Of a stretch of 64,000 bases of DNA, positions 48,109 to 58,615 are shown piece after piece. The DNA is taken from the NCBI GenBank assembly GCA_963666215.2, contig CAXWPL010000001.1, positions 544,001-608,000 on the forward strand, in the 5' to 3' direction. Position 1 is the stretch's first letter. The number at the start of each line of letters is the position of its first letter. A program made the translations under genes and the position numbers. The stretch is from Acidobacteriota bacterium (GTDB lineage Bacteria; Acidobacteriota; UBA890; WLXD01). The notes under the pieces are model-generated. The model ran no database searches. It was not told the origin of the DNA and saw only the letters and a list, made by a program, of their open reading frames with translations.

Positions 48109-49464
48109 CTAGCCCTCGGCTTGGATCTCCGCCGCGATGCTCTGCACATCGTCGAGCACCCGAAGCAGATTGCCACTCCACAGCTGCCCGATCTGTTCCT
48201 CGGTGTAGCCGCGGCGCACCAGCTCGAGGGTGACGTTGAAGGTCTCGGAGGCATCGTTCCATCCGGTCACACCGCCACCGCCATCGAAGTCGGAGCTGAT
48301 GCCGACGTGCTCGAGGCCGATCAGGTTGACGATGTAGTCGATGTGATCGGCGAAGTCGGCCACGTCGACGGACGGAGCTGTTGTGGCCACCTCGGCCATG
48401 CGCTCGCTTCCGGACGACCGCACCTCGGCCATGCCCGCGAAATAAGCCTCGCGATCCTCGTCACTCATCGTGCGTATCTGCTGCCGGCCGACGATCTCGA
48501 AACCCATCTCGGCGGCGATCTCGGCCTCGATCGCGCTCATCGCCTCGCGGTTGGCGGCGTTCTTGTCGGAATTCACGTAGCTACGAAACGCCACCGTCTG
48601 CACCACACCGCCGTTCTCGGCCAGGGCGCGGAGCTCTTCGTCGTCGAGGTTGCGACTGACGTCGTTGGTGGCACGCGACGCAGAGTGCGACGCAATCACC
48701 GGCGCCCGCGACAGCGACATCGTCTCCATGTTCGAAGCCTTCGACGGATGGGACAGATCGATCATGATTCCCCACCGGTTCATCTCGACGATCGCCTGCC
48801 GTCCCAGGTCGCTGAGCCCACCGTACAGCCACACGTTGTCGCGCTCACCAGTGTTCGAGTCGGCGAACTGCGAGTGACCGTTGTGAGACAGCGACATGTA
48901 ACGGCCGCCGCGTTCGGCGAAGTCGCGGATGTTGTCGAGGTCGAGACCCACCGGATAGGCGTTCTCGATACCGATCATCGCCACCTTCTTGCCCGCGGCG
49001 TCGATACGGCGCACGTCGTCAGAGGTGTAGGCGATCTCGATCCGATCGGGCGCCGCCTCTTCAGCCAGCCAGTGAATCGCGTCGAACTTCGAGATGGCGT
49101 TCTCGTACGCGGCGGCGTAGCCCGCATCGTTGAGCTCGCCTTGGCCTGTGAAGACGATCATCCATGACACATCGAGGCCGCCCGATTCCATCTTCGGCAG
49201 GTTCACCTGGTTGCCGAGATCGGTCGTGTAGTTCCGCTCGGCCGTGAAGTTCGACACGCTGATGTCGTTGTGCGTATCGAGCGTGATCACCCGCTCGTGA
49301 ATTCCGCGCGCGCGCTCAGCGAGCTCGGCCTCGGTCTCGGGGGCTTGGTTCGCAGGGGCCGACTCGCCCGCATCGCGTCCGGCGCACGCGGGCACGGCCA
49401 GCAAGGCAACGAACGCGGCGAATGTCCACGTTGTGGTGAGCTTGGTCCTCGACGGCTTCCTCAT
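48109..49464 (-). CDS. Membrane dipeptidase (peptidase M19), lipoprotein
   Basis: Lipobox VPAC, DTHND, GIEN, IDLSH, IASHS, RNLDD and ISSDFDGG motifs. Confidence 0.92.
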   Translation of the reverse strand: MRKPSRTKLTTTWTFAAFVALLAVPACAGRDAGESAPANQAPETEAELAERARGIHERVITLDTHNDISVSNFTAERNYTTDLGNQVNLPKMESGGLDVSWMIVFTGQGELNDAGYAAAYENAISKFDAIHWLAEEAAPDRIEIAYTSDDVRRIDAAGKKVAMIGIENAYPVGLDLDNIRDFAERGGRYMSLSHNGHSQFADSNTGERDNVWLYGGLSDLGRQAIVEMNRWGIMIDLSHPSKASNMETMSLSRAPVIASHSASRATNDVSRNLDDEELRALAENGGVVQTVAFRSYVNSDKNAANREAMSAIEAEIAAEMGFEIVGRQQIRTMSDEDREAYFAGMAEVRSSGSERMAEVATTAPSVDVADFADHIDYIVNLIGLEHVGISSDFDGGGGVTGWNDASETFNVTLELVRRGYTEEQIGQLWSGNLLRVLDDVQSIAAEIQAEG

Positions 49465-49715
49465 GGAACCTCCTGGGCTTGCACACATAGCGGGCGCTTC
49501 AGGCAGGGACCCTATCTCAGCTCGAGCTCGACCACGAGTGGGGACCCGCGCCGCCGTGAGGGGCTGGCCAAGCGCCAATATGGCGGTCTCGTCGTTTGAT
49601 CCCGACGCTCCCCCTGCTTAGCAGCCCGCGGTGGAAGTGTGGTGGGCCCGGCACACCTCCACCACAGGCTGCTAGTGTCGAGAATTCGAGTGCCTTGACC
49701 CACCGGAGTCATGCC

Positions 49716-51160
49716 GTGTCCGCCCGCCTCGCTCTTTCCGTCGCCGTTGCCGCTGTCTTGATTCCCCTTGAGGCGAGCCCGCTCCGGGCCTCGCCGGGGC
49801 CGTTGGTCGCACAGCGGCAGAACCCGGCCAGGGCCGGGCGCGATCACGCCGCATCGAGTCGCGCCGTGCGCCGTAACGTGCCGCTCACCAAAGCCATCCA
49901 ACGCGCCCTGGACGCCGGAACGCGCGACTTCACGGGGCAACCGGGGCCGAACTACTGGCAGCTCGAGGTGGACTACTCGATCGACGTGCGCCTGGAGCGG
50001 CGGACCCAACGACTCATCGGATCCGAGACCGTTGTCCTGAACAACAACAGTCCCGACGAGCTCACACAGATCGTGCTGCGGCTCGACCACAACATCTTTC
50101 GGCCGCGGGTGCCGCGTGGCTTCTCGGTGCCCGCCGAATCCACCGAGGGGATGGTGGTCACGCGCCTGCGTGTGGACGGGCAGGAAGCACGGCTGGTGAG
50201 CCAAGGGCTGCGCCAGACGGTCCCGGGGGCTCTGATAGCCAGCCAGCTCGAGCAAACGGTAGCCGTTGTTTCCCTACCCAGTCCCATCGCGCCCCACGCC
50301 GCCGCCACCCTGGAGATCGAGTGGAACACGAAGCTGCCGGGTGGACCCGAGGGTCGCGGCCATCGGATGACGCAGCGCTGGGACGACCGGCTGTTTCAGC
50401 CCACGCAGTGGTTCCCGCGCGTGGCCAAGTACGACGACCTGCGTGGTTGGGACGACAGCGTCTACCTGGGGCCGGCCGAGTTCTACAACAACTTCGGGCG
50501 ATTCGATGTGCGTATCGACGTGCCCGGCGGTTGGATCGTCACCGGCACCGGTGTTCTGCAAAATCCTGAGGAGGTGCTCACCGCAACAGCACGGGAGCGA
50601 CTGAGCCGAGTGCTCGCCAGCGACGAGATCACCACGATCGTCGGCGCCGACGAAGCAGGTCCGGGCAACGCCACGGCTCCCGGCGACCGGCTCGTGTGGC
50701 ACTTCGTCGCCGACAAGGTCAATGACTTTGCGTGGGCGACGGCCGAGAACTTCGTCTGGCAGGCCACGCGCGCAACGATCCCCGGCAAGGGGCCCGTTCC
50801 GATTCACATGGCGTATTTACCCGAGCGCGCCGAGCTGTTCAAGAACGCTGGTCCGGTGAGCCGCCACGCGCTCGAGTTCTACTCCCGCCTGTGGGCACCG
50901 TATCCGTTCCCGCAGCTGACTCTGCAGGACGGCCCCAGCGCCGGCATGGAGTACCCCATGTTCATCAACTCCAACGTCGGCGCCGCCGATCACGAGGTGG
51001 CGCACCAGTGGTGGCCGATGATGGTGGGCACCAACGAGACCTGGTACGGCTGGATGGACGAGGGGTTCAACACGTACATGAACATCCTGTCGAATGCCGA
51101 CGCCCAGGACGCTGAGCCCGACCTCAGCAACCGCGGACAGAGCTACGGTCGAATGAGCGG
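49716..51160 (+). pseudogene. M1-family metalloaminopeptidase truncated shortly after the zinc motif
   Basis: PGPNYWQ, QWFPR, AGMEYP and HEVAHQW...WMDEG motifs. C-terminal part is replaced at about 51160. Confidence 0.82.
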
Positions 51161-51162
51161 AT

Positions 51163-51808
51163 GCACCGGAGGCGCTGATCGGCTGGGCGCGGTTCATCGA
51201 CGGGCGCTGGAGCGACCCGCTGGTCGGACGCGACCTGCTGCTGGGCTGCGCCGCGGGCGCGTTGACCCGCCTCCTGGGAATCCTCCCCCTGGCGCTCGAC
51301 GAGCGCATCGCCACCGCGGGTATGTACATCGGCCTGCCCCATCCCACGCTCATAGATTTGATCAGCTCCTTCACGAGCAACGCCATCGCCTACGTCATCC
51401 TCGCCCTCGGCATGTCGTTCCTGTACGGCCTCAGCTTCGTGGCGCTCGGCCGCCGGCGCTGGATCGCCTACGCCGCCTGGCCTGCTGTTCTTGGGTGGCA
51501 TGGGCTTCCTGCCCGGGCTCGCGATCAACAACACCAGGCCCGGCGCCACGCTGTTGACGTCGATATTCTTCGCTCTCGGCTGGGCGCTGTGGCTGTTCAT
51601 CCTGCAACGACTCGGCATCCTGGCATTCCTGGTGATGGCGACCACCGCGTCGCTGCTGGCCGAGGCATTGCCGACGCTCGACTTCTCGGTCTGGTACGCC
51701 TCGAGCACGAGCGCGGGACTGATGCTGTTCTTCGCGCTGGCGGCCTACGCCTTCTACCGCTGTGTGGCGTGGAGAGGCGGCCTGGCAGACGCGCTCGTCG
51801 GAGACTGA
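51163..51808 (+). pseudogene. 3' multi-TM fragment resembling the membrane tail of acidobacterial-type Ser/Thr kinases; frameshift at about 51481
   Basis: PEALIGWARFIDGRWSDPLVGRDLLLG, then hydrophobic helices split over two frames (RLGILA..., LDFSVWYA). Confidence 0.55.
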
Positions 51809-52073
51809 AACGCGAAGCGATGCGGTCTCTCGCATCAGCGACGACCTGCACGAGACGAACGACCTGCTACGAAGCTCCTGCGAGGCGCGCGGGGCGGGTA
51901 CGTGGAAGCTCCGGAGCCCTGGCGGCGGCTGGCGCGACCGTGAGCGACCTCGGCCGACAAGAAACGTCGGGCAAGCAGTAGGATCTTGGCCGTCCCACTT
52001 CTCGCACCGAGACGTTACCGACCCCAAGCCCCCGTACACCGCCGCACGCGCGGCGGTGTCTCGTGAGGATCGT

Positions 52074-54614
52074 ATGCACAAGCTCCGAAACACCCTAGGG
52101 ACCGTTGCCCTGGTAGCGGTCGTCTCCACCAGCTCTGTTGTGGCCCAGAGCAGCACGGCGTTCGTTCCCGAGGCGGCGCGCGACCAGGCATTCGAGCTGT
52201 CGATCGGCAGCATCATGCGCGCCGAGGAGAACGTCGGAGTTGCGCCGAGGCAGATTCGCTGGACCGACGACTCGGAGTGGTTGTACTTCTCCTGGCGCCC
52301 AGGCGGCATGGCCTGGGACGAAGAGCGATCGCAGTACCGCGTCCGAGCCGACGGCAGCGGTCTGGAGAAGCTCAGCACCGAGGAGGCCGACGACATCGCA
52401 CCGCTCGTCGCAGCAGGCGACCTTTCGACCGACCGGCGCTGGCGCATCTCGTCGGTGTCGGGAGATCTGTACCTGGTGGACCGGCAGTCGATGCAGGTGC
52501 GACAGCTCACCCACACCGAAGACAGCGAAGGACAACCGCTGTTTTCGGACAACGGCGAATCCGTTCTCTTCCGGAGAGCCAACAACATCTATCGACTCGA
52601 CTTGGAGAGCGGCAACCTGGCGCAGATCACCCGGATCACCAGCGGTCCCGCGCCAGAAGACGACAAAGACGCCGAAGGGCAGAGGCTCTTTCTCGAGACC
52701 CAGCAACGCGAGCTGTTCGAGCACATTCGCCGGGACGAGGCGCGCGAGGAACGACGGGAGAAGGAACGCGAGGCCCGCGAGGCCGACGAGCCCGAAACCG
52801 TGTACCTGGAGAGCGGCGAGCGCGTGCAGGGGCTGCAGAGCACGCGCGACGGCGAGTACGTGCTGCTGCGCTTGGCCAAACGTGCAACCGGCGCGACGCA
52901 GACGATCGTCCCGGATTGGGTGACGGAAGACGGCTACACGCGCGATCTGACGGTTCGCACCAAGGTCGGCGATCAACCAGGGTCGTCTCGCGTGGGCGTG
53001 CTGACAACCGCCACGGGCGAGACCACGTGGATCGATCTGGCGCCCGACACGGAAGAGCCCGAGGAGTCCGCCGAGGACGATGAGGACGATGAGGACGATG
53101 AGGACAAGGAGAACGACGCAGGCGAAGAGAGCCCGGAAACCGAAAGGAACGAGGGTAACGGCAGGACCGAGAAGCCCCCGCCGGCACCGCGCGCTTTCAG
53201 CACCGGCTGGAACGACGCCGGCACCAAAGCGTTCGTCTTTGCCGTCTCGTTCGACGACAAGGACCGCTGGCTTTGGAGCGTCGACGCCGCCACCGGTGAG
53301 CGCACGCTGCTCGATCACCTGCACGACGACTCCTGGGTAGCGGGCCCCTGCTTCGCCTTCTGCGCCGGATTCCTGCCGGATAGCGACCGCCTCTACTACG
53401 TGAGTGAGGAGTCAGGCTATGCACACCTCTACACCGTCAACGCCGACGGGTCCGATCGACAGGCGCTGACGGCCGGCGACTGGGAGGTTCTCCGCGTCTC
53501 GATTCCCGAGTCGCGCACCCACTTCCGCCTCAGCACCAACGAGGGCTCGCCGTTCAACCAGCACGAGTACGTCATGAACTTCGACGGCGGCGAGCTCACG
53601 GCCGTCACGAGTGGAGACGGCCGCCACGTTGCCACTCCGTCGCCCGACGGCGAGCGCCTCGCCCTGATCCACGACGTCGCAAACCGGCCGCCGGAACTGT
53701 ACCTGGCTGACGCCGACCTGTCGGGCATGACACGAGTTACCGACTCCCCCACGTCCGAGTGGAAGTCGTTCCCGTGGATCAAGCCGTCGATCGTGCACTT
53801 CGAGGCCGAGGACACCACGATGGTCCCGGCACGCATCTACCGCCCCGCCGACATGGGCGCGCGCGCCAATGGCGCGGCCGTCATCTTCGTGCACGGCGCT
53901 GGCTACCTGCACAACGTGCACAACTACTGGTCCTCCTACTACCGCGAGTACCAGTTCAACCAGTTCCTCGCCGCCGCGGGCTACACGGTGCTCGACGTGG
54001 ACTACCGCGGCTCGGCCGGGTACGGCGCGAAGTGGCGAACGGCGATCTATCACTGGATGGGCGGTAAGGACCTCTCCGACCAGGTCGACGGCGCCCGCTA
54101 TCTGGTGGCCAACGAAGGAATCGACGCCAAGCGCATCGGCCTCTACGGCGGGTCGTATGGTGGGTTCATCACGCTCATGGGGCTGTTCACCGCCCCCGAC
54201 ACCTTCAAGTCGGGCGCCGCGCTGCGCTCGGTTACCGACTGGGCCCACTACAACCACGGCTACACCAGCCGCATCCTCAACCAGCCGCAGGACGACGAAG
54301 AGTCTTACGAACGGTCCTCCCCCATTTACTTCGCCGAGAACTTCCGCCCCGATCAGCACCTGGTGATGCTGCACGGCATGGTCGACACCAACGTGCACTT
54401 CTCCGATGTCGTCCGGCTGGCGCAGCGCCTCATCGAGCTCGGCAAGGACAACTGGGAGATGGCCGTCTACCCGGTGGAGAGCCACGGCTTTGTGGAGCCG
54501 TCGTCGTGGACCGACGAGTACCGCCGCATCTTCGAGCTCTTCGAGCGGACCCTTCGCGAGCCCGGCTGTACCGACGACGGTAACCTGTGCTCGATCCGGC
54601 GGGGAGACGAGTGA
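52074..54614 (+). CDS. S9 prolyl oligopeptidase / DPP IV-like secreted peptidase
   Basis: Signal peptide, propeller domain, DYRGSAGYG, GGSYGG (Ser), HGMVDTNV (Asp), ESHGF (His). Confidence 0.93.
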   Translation: MHKLRNTLGTVALVAVVSTSSVVAQSSTAFVPEAARDQAFELSIGSIMRAEENVGVAPRQIRWTDDSEWLYFSWRPGGMAWDEERSQYRVRADGSGLEKLSTEEADDIAPLVAAGDLSTDRRWRISSVSGDLYLVDRQSMQVRQLTHTEDSEGQPLFSDNGESVLFRRANNIYRLDLESGNLAQITRITSGPAPEDDKDAEGQRLFLETQQRELFEHIRRDEAREERREKEREAREADEPETVYLESGERVQGLQSTRDGEYVLLRLAKRATGATQTIVPDWVTEDGYTRDLTVRTKVGDQPGSSRVGVLTTATGETTWIDLAPDTEEPEESAEDDEDDEDDEDKENDAGEESPETERNEGNGRTEKPPPAPRAFSTGWNDAGTKAFVFAVSFDDKDRWLWSVDAATGERTLLDHLHDDSWVAGPCFAFCAGFLPDSDRLYYVSEESGYAHLYTVNADGSDRQALTAGDWEVLRVSIPESRTHFRLSTNEGSPFNQHEYVMNFDGGELTAVTSGDGRHVATPSPDGERLALIHDVANRPPELYLADADLSGMTRVTDSPTSEWKSFPWIKPSIVHFEAEDTTMVPARIYRPADMGARANGAAVIFVHGAGYLHNVHNYWSSYYREYQFNQFLAAAGYTVLDVDYRGSAGYGAKWRTAIYHWMGGKDLSDQVDGARYLVANEGIDAKRIGLYGGSYGGFITLMGLFTAPDTFKSGAALRSVTDWAHYNHGYTSRILNQPQDDEESYERSSPIYFAENFRPDQHLVMLHGMVDTNVHFSDVVRLAQRLIELGKDNWEMAVYPVESHGFVEPSSWTDEYRRIFELFERTLREPGCTDDGNLCSIRRGDE
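53073..53105 (+). repeat. In-frame 9-bp tandem repeat (GAGGACGAT x3.7) encoding an acidic tract
   Basis: Encodes EDDEDDEDDED. Confidence 0.85.
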
Positions 54615-56542
54615 CCCGGAGCCGCGCCTCCCGAGCAGCTCTCGTCACCCTGCTGCTCGTAACCGGTACAGGCATCGACGGCACCCGTGCCTGGGCTCAG
54701 CAAAGTGAGCGTCCCCCAGACGAGGGCCAGCGCGCCCGTTTTTCTTCGGAAGTGGCGCTCGTTCGGATCAACGCAGCCGTGGTCGCCGAGCAGGGTGCGG
54801 ATCTCGAAGCGCTGTCGGCCGACGATTTCGTACTGACCGTCGACGGGCGCGAGCAGTTCATCAGCGTCTTCCAGCGCGGCTCCGACAGCGCCCTCGATAT
54901 CGCGCTGCTATTCGACACCAGCGAGTCGGTGCGCAGCGCCCTCAGCCAGGCCAAGAGCGCCACCCGCGAGTTTCTTCGAACGTTGCGCCCGGCAGACTGC
55001 GTCTTTCTTCTGCCATTCGCCGACCAGGTGGGAGACGGCATGTGGGGAAGGCCCAGCGACGACGGGCTCGACCACATGCTTTCTGGCCTCAAAGCTGAGG
55101 GAAGAACATCGCTCTACGACGCACTCACTCGGTCGTTCGCCGTCCTCAGCGCACGAAGCGCCAAGGCTCGAGCCGGCCTGGTTTCCGCCAACTGCGCCGA
55201 CCCGGTCGCGCCAGATGCCACCGCGTCTACTCCCCTACTGACAGAAGTATCCGAAGCCGCCGAGCCGCGACTCGCCGTAACGGTTGTGGTAACCGACGGC
55301 AACGACGAAACAAGTGGCATCTCGCTTGCCGACACTGTGCTCGCCGCCTGGGACAGCCGAATTCCTGTATTCCCTGTTGCCGTGGGCGCCGCCAATCCGT
55401 CGGCCGTGATGGCGCGGGCCAGCATGTTCCCCGGCAGGGCGCGCTCGTTGGTGCCCCTGAGCCATCGGCTCGAGCAGCGCCTCAACATCCTGGCCGAGCT
55501 CACCGGCGGAACGCTGGTGGCACGCGCCGAGTGGAGCCGGCTCGCCGACGCGTACCAACAGATGGTCGCTTCCGTCCGAGGGTCCTATCTGCTCGGGTTC
55601 AGCGAGAACGTCGATCATGGTTTTCGAGATGACCAAGGTCGATCATCGAGGTGGCGGGCCGTGCGCATCACCTCGAAGCGCGAAGGTGTTCGGGTGGTTC
55701 ACCCACCTGGTTACCTGAGCGGCCAGGGCGACAATGTCGCATGGAATCGGGGAGCCACCACGGACGGCGTCACCGGGTTTTCGACAGAGGTCGATACCGC
55801 GACAATCGCTGCCGCCGCGTCCTCCGCTCCCGACGACTGGGAGATGCAGTGGCTCAGCGCGCGCCTGCTCTTCGAAAGAGGCGAGGCCGCGCAGTCCTTG
55901 CCACCACTCGAACGAGCGCAACAACTGCGTCCATGGGTAGGCGCCATCGACCAGCAGCTTGCACGGGTACACTACGAGCTGGGCAACTCGGGCCAGGTGT
56001 GGAACGCCATCATTCGCGCGCTAGCGCGTGGCTCCGATGTCGGCGACCTTTATCGGAGTCTGATGCAGGAGACCACGCCGCCGGAACGCCTCGATTGGCG
56101 CCTCCGTGCGCCGCGGGTGTTCGTCACGCGAAGCGGGGACCCACGCGCTTTCGTCGCCGAAACCGTCTCGCGCGCATTCAGCGAAATGCTGCGCAGGCTC
56201 GCCGTGTCACCGAACTTGATCCTCGTCGAAGACGCCACCGTTGCCACGCATACCATCGTCTTCGCGGTGGCTGAAGAAGCGCGTGAACAGGCGACCGCTA
56301 CCGATCACCCTGCCCGTGCCACTGGGCCGGCGGTCACCGACACCAGGCTGTACTACACGGGGCGCCTCGTAATTCTCGACGCCAATCGAAAGGAGCAGGA
56401 GACCTTCGACTTCGAAGCCGAAGCACCGGGCTCGGACCCAACGCGACTAACCGACCGCGCAGTCCCAGCGTTCGAAACGCTTGATCGGTGGTTCGCTCAA
56501 GTTGACCGCGGAAGAATCGCCATGCCCCACCGCGATCTCTAG
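54611..56542 (+). CDS. VWA-domain protein (acidobacterial VWFA-related) with a TPR-like C-terminus
   Basis: FSSEVALV...L...DF...DG.EQ, MIDAS DTSES, TSLYDAL, VTDGND, LAELTGG and SYLLGF. GTGA overlap with the upstream stop. Confidence 0.82.
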   Translation: MTRSRASRAALVTLLLVTGTGIDGTRAWAQQSERPPDEGQRARFSSEVALVRINAAVVAEQGADLEALSADDFVLTVDGREQFISVFQRGSDSALDIALLFDTSESVRSALSQAKSATREFLRTLRPADCVFLLPFADQVGDGMWGRPSDDGLDHMLSGLKAEGRTSLYDALTRSFAVLSARSAKARAGLVSANCADPVAPDATASTPLLTEVSEAAEPRLAVTVVVTDGNDETSGISLADTVLAAWDSRIPVFPVAVGAANPSAVMARASMFPGRARSLVPLSHRLEQRLNILAELTGGTLVARAEWSRLADAYQQMVASVRGSYLLGFSENVDHGFRDDQGRSSRWRAVRITSKREGVRVVHPPGYLSGQGDNVAWNRGATTDGVTGFSTEVDTATIAAAASSAPDDWEMQWLSARLLFERGEAAQSLPPLERAQQLRPWVGAIDQQLARVHYELGNSGQVWNAIIRALARGSDVGDLYRSLMQETTPPERLDWRLRAPRVFVTRSGDPRAFVAETVSRAFSEMLRRLAVSPNLILVEDATVATHTIVFAVAEEAREQATATDHPARATGPAVTDTRLYYTGRLVILDANRKEQETFDFEAEAPGSDPTRLTDRAVPAFETLDRWFAQVDRGRIAMPHRDL

Positions 56543-56593
56543 CGAGTGTCGGCGGCCGCTGAGCTCCGACCGCCGAACGGATTCATCGCGCGA

Positions 56594-56957
56594 TCACGAT
56601 TCCGCGGGCGATCCAGGGCCTAGCCGCGCGATCAAACATGTCACCACCAAGACCACCACAACGCTCGAAGCGACGATCCCCATCGCAACGGGGCGGGCGA
56701 ACTCCATGGGGAGAGTCAGCCAAGCCACCGAGGAACCGAGCCCGGCGAGCGTGAACGTCCAGCCGCCGAACCGCCGGTAGGCCTGCGCCCGCGCCGGGTC
56801 GAACTTCTCGCACGCGAGTGGCCTGAGCGTTTTAGGAATCACGTTGCCGAAAATCGCCAGAACGATTCCGTTCGCGGCGCCCATTAGCCGCAGCGGCGAG
56901 ACTCCACGCCAGGCCCAAAATGCAGCCAGCCATGAGCAATGCACGCTTGATCGTCAT
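56594..56957 (-). pseudogene. SdpI-like membrane protein with a frameshift/short deletion at about 56890
   Basis: ATGA-coupled start MTIKRALLMAG..., continuing in another frame as GNVIPK...AQAYRRFGGWTF.LAG. Confidence 0.6.
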
Positions 56958-57274
56958 CCTGTTGCCTCCTCGTTTCCGCTTCCATCGGCCGGGACGAGGG
57001 TCCCGTCCGGCTTGATCGCCAATCCAAAGACTTGCGCGAAGCCCATGAGGGCCTCCTCGAGCACCGACATTTTCAGTCGATACGTAATGGTTGTGCCCTG
57101 CTTGTCGGCATCGACCAGCTCGGCTTCCCGCAGCACCGCGAAATGCGCCGACATCGTTGGCTTGGAAACCGTGAAGTGATCGGCCAGCTCCCCTGCCGTC
57201 ATCGGCCTTTGCCGCAACAACTGGAGGACCCGGCGGCGGGTTGGATCGGAGAGGGCCTTGAAGACTTTGTTCAC
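56954..57274 (-). CDS. ArsR/SdpR-family transcriptional repressor
   Basis: VFKALSDPTRR, MTAGELA..F.VSKPTMSAHFAVLREA and Y.LKMSVLEE motifs. Confidence 0.88.
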   Translation of the reverse strand: MNKVFKALSDPTRRRVLQLLRQRPMTAGELADHFTVSKPTMSAHFAVLREAELVDADKQGTTITYRLKMSVLEEALMGFAQVFGLAIKPDGTLVPADGSGNEEATG

Positions 57275-57487
57275 AAGCTCGAGCCCGACCGGGCCGCGTC
57301 GTCTCACAGCACCCACGATTCCGCACATGCGTGTGTCTCCAGGATCTCGCGGAGGTCATGGGATGCGAGGGGAAGCTCCGCTAGTGAGGCTCCGCGATGG
57401 TAGTCGAATGCGCGGTGGAGCGGCGGGTTGACCCTGGGTGTGGCGGAGGCGCGCCGGCAATACCAAGAAGAGACTCAGCCGGCCCCT

Positions 57488-58615
57488 CTAGCCAGTCGAG
57501 AAGAACATCCGCCGCACCCCAATCGTCAGCAGCGGCAGTGCGAACAGCGCCAAGAACCCGTAGGCCATCGCCGTGTAACCCTGCGCCACCAGAGCGATGA
57601 GCCCCAGCTGCGACAGGATCGCCGCGGCAACGAGAAAACCTACGGTGATCGCCGCGCTCTGGCTGGGGCTGAGCTCAGCGCCGCCGGCTTCCACGCGGTT
57701 GACCGAGATCCGATCGATGATCGCGTGGATCATGCCGACGCTGGTTTCGACCAGAGTCCAGAGGACGACCACGGCGTAGAACGCAACCAGCCCGCTGCCG
57801 CCAGCGCGCCGCAGCATCACCAGCCAGGGAACGTTGGCGCCAAGCACGTCGGGGTCGGGATAGAAGCCGAGAACCGCGAGATAGGTGAGCGTGAACGGGA
57901 TGGTCGACAGAAGTCCAGTGATCACACCGGCCCACAACGCCTCGCGCCGCTCGGTTTGGCGATCGAGCACGAAGAGCACGCTCGGTATCCCGGCGAGGTT
58001 GTAGCCGGCATAAAGAATGCCGGTGAATATCAGCGTGCTCAGCGGGATGGTCTCGGCGAAGTACGAGGTGTCGCTGGTGGCGAACGTGCGCTCGACGTTG
58101 CCCCAGGTTTGTGAAAGCACCAGGCCGGCAAAGAGCACGTAGCCGAGGTAGAGCAGGACGGAACCGATCGTCTTGAAGCGCTCGATGACCTGGCGGCCGG
58201 CGGCGTTGATGGCGCCCACCATGGCGATCACTGCCGCGATTCCCACCCAGTAGGGCAGTCCAAGAACCTCAACGAAGACGTTGCCCGAGGCGGCACTCAC
58301 AACGGCGATGACCACCACCACCATGACGACGTACAGCACGTCGAACAGCGGCCACAGCGGCCCCACGAGCTCGCGCACGAAGGTCCGGTAATCGTAGCGC
58401 TTGGTCACGCGGGCAAACTCGTAGGCGAGCGCAGTGATGAGCGTGAACCCGGCTCCGAGCGCGAGGATGCTCCAAATTCCGGCGGCGCCGAATTTGGCGC
58501 CGTACTCGACGATCTCGCGACCGGTGGCGTACGCACCTCCAATCAGAACCGATTGGAAGACGATGCCGGGCAGGACATAACGCTGGAAGCGACTACCCAT
58601 GTTCGCGCCCGCCAC
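57488..58615 (-). CDS. YkvI-like membrane protein (APC-type transporter)
   Basis: FQSVLIGGAYATGREIVEY motif; about 10 TMs; GLIALVAQGY. Confidence 0.75.
   Translation of the reverse strand: MAGANMGSRFQRYVLPGIVFQSVLIGGAYATGREIVEYGAKFGAAGIWSILALGAGFTLITALAYEFARVTKRYDYRTFVRELVGPLWPLFDVLYVVMVVVVIAVVSAASGNVFVEVLGLPYWVGIAAVIAMVGAINAAGRQVIERFKTIGSVLLYLGYVLFAGLVLSQTWGNVERTFATSDTSYFAETIPLSTLIFTGILYAGYNLAGIPSVLFVLDRQTERREALWAGVITGLLSTIPFTLTYLAVLGFYPDPDVLGANVPWLVMLRRAGGSGLVAFYAVVVLWTLVETSVGMIHAIIDRISVNRVEAGGAELSPSQSAAITVGFLVAAAILSQLGLIALVAQGYTAMAYGFLALFALPLLTIGVRRMFFSTG

Noticed and set aside
52036-52059. Perfect 10-bp hairpin (ACACCGCCGC-acgc-GCGGCGGTGT) before the S9 peptidase RBS as a riboswitch or terminator
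   Set aside because: The inverted repeat is real, but it has no U-tract, no recognisable aptamer and does not cover the RBS; at most a 5' stabilising stem.
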